Below, in pieces: positions 19,872 through 20,000 of a DNA stretch of 20,000 nucleotides. How positions within the stretch are numbered: the first letter of the stretch is position 1; every line of letters starts with the position of its first letter. The notes beneath the pieces are model-generated. The model saw nothing but the letters and a program-made list of their open reading frames with translations, ran no database searches and was not told the DNA's origin. Made by a program: the position numbers and the translations under genes. This stretch comes from Sarea resinae (taxonomy: Eukaryota): contig JAPEUD010000017.1 of NCBI GenBank assembly GCA_026026165.1, positions 359,433 through 379,432 on the forward strand. Direction: 5' to 3'.

Positions 19872-19925
19872 ATAATAATAATAATAACAATAATAATAAT
19901 AATCGATCATGCATGCATGCATGCA
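19872..19925. repeat. (ATA)n trinucleotide run followed by (CATG)n run
   Basis: ataataataataataacaataataataataat (19872..19903), then catgcatgcatgcatgca (19908..19925). Confidence 0.9.
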
Positions 19926-20000
19926 GGATTGGTAGTCCACCTTTCCCCCATCTTCAATTTTGGTTCGCCGTGCGCCAGTAATGTCCACAGAGAATAAGGC

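Overview
Gene-dense genomic window from a filamentous ascomycete (Pezizomycotina-type short GT-AG introns with CTRAY branch points). It holds eight protein-coding genes, with exon structures rebuilt by hand: KAR5/Tht1-like karyogamy protein (-, 7 exons), mitochondrial ribosomal protein uL6 (+), MET22/HAL2 PAP phosphatase (-), zf-C3HC/Rsm1 (NIPA/Pml39-like) protein (+), Rad5/16-Uls1/Rrp-type SNF2 ATPase (+), a small hydrophilic protein with a mitochondrial-type presequence (+), FMP52-like NAD(P)-binding protein (-) and sulfite reductase flavoprotein subunit MET10 (+). A microsatellite-rich intergenic tail follows. I see no transposon, tRNA, rRNA or CRISPR, and no new multi-gene system that the sequence alone proves. 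Best leads: (i) a possible organelle- or membrane-targeted long isoform of MET22 from a weak upstream ATG; (ii) linkage of two sulfate-assimilation genes, with tandem CGCCAT(C) half-sites and a multi-stem inverted-repeat element upstream of MET10; (iii) a candidate stress-induced mitochondrial hydrophilin with a hairpin-clamped intron; (iv) an RFX X-box upstream of the SNF2 ATPase; (v) a dispersed intergenic TACGGAGTA-type motif. All gene identities come from motif recognition, not database searches.
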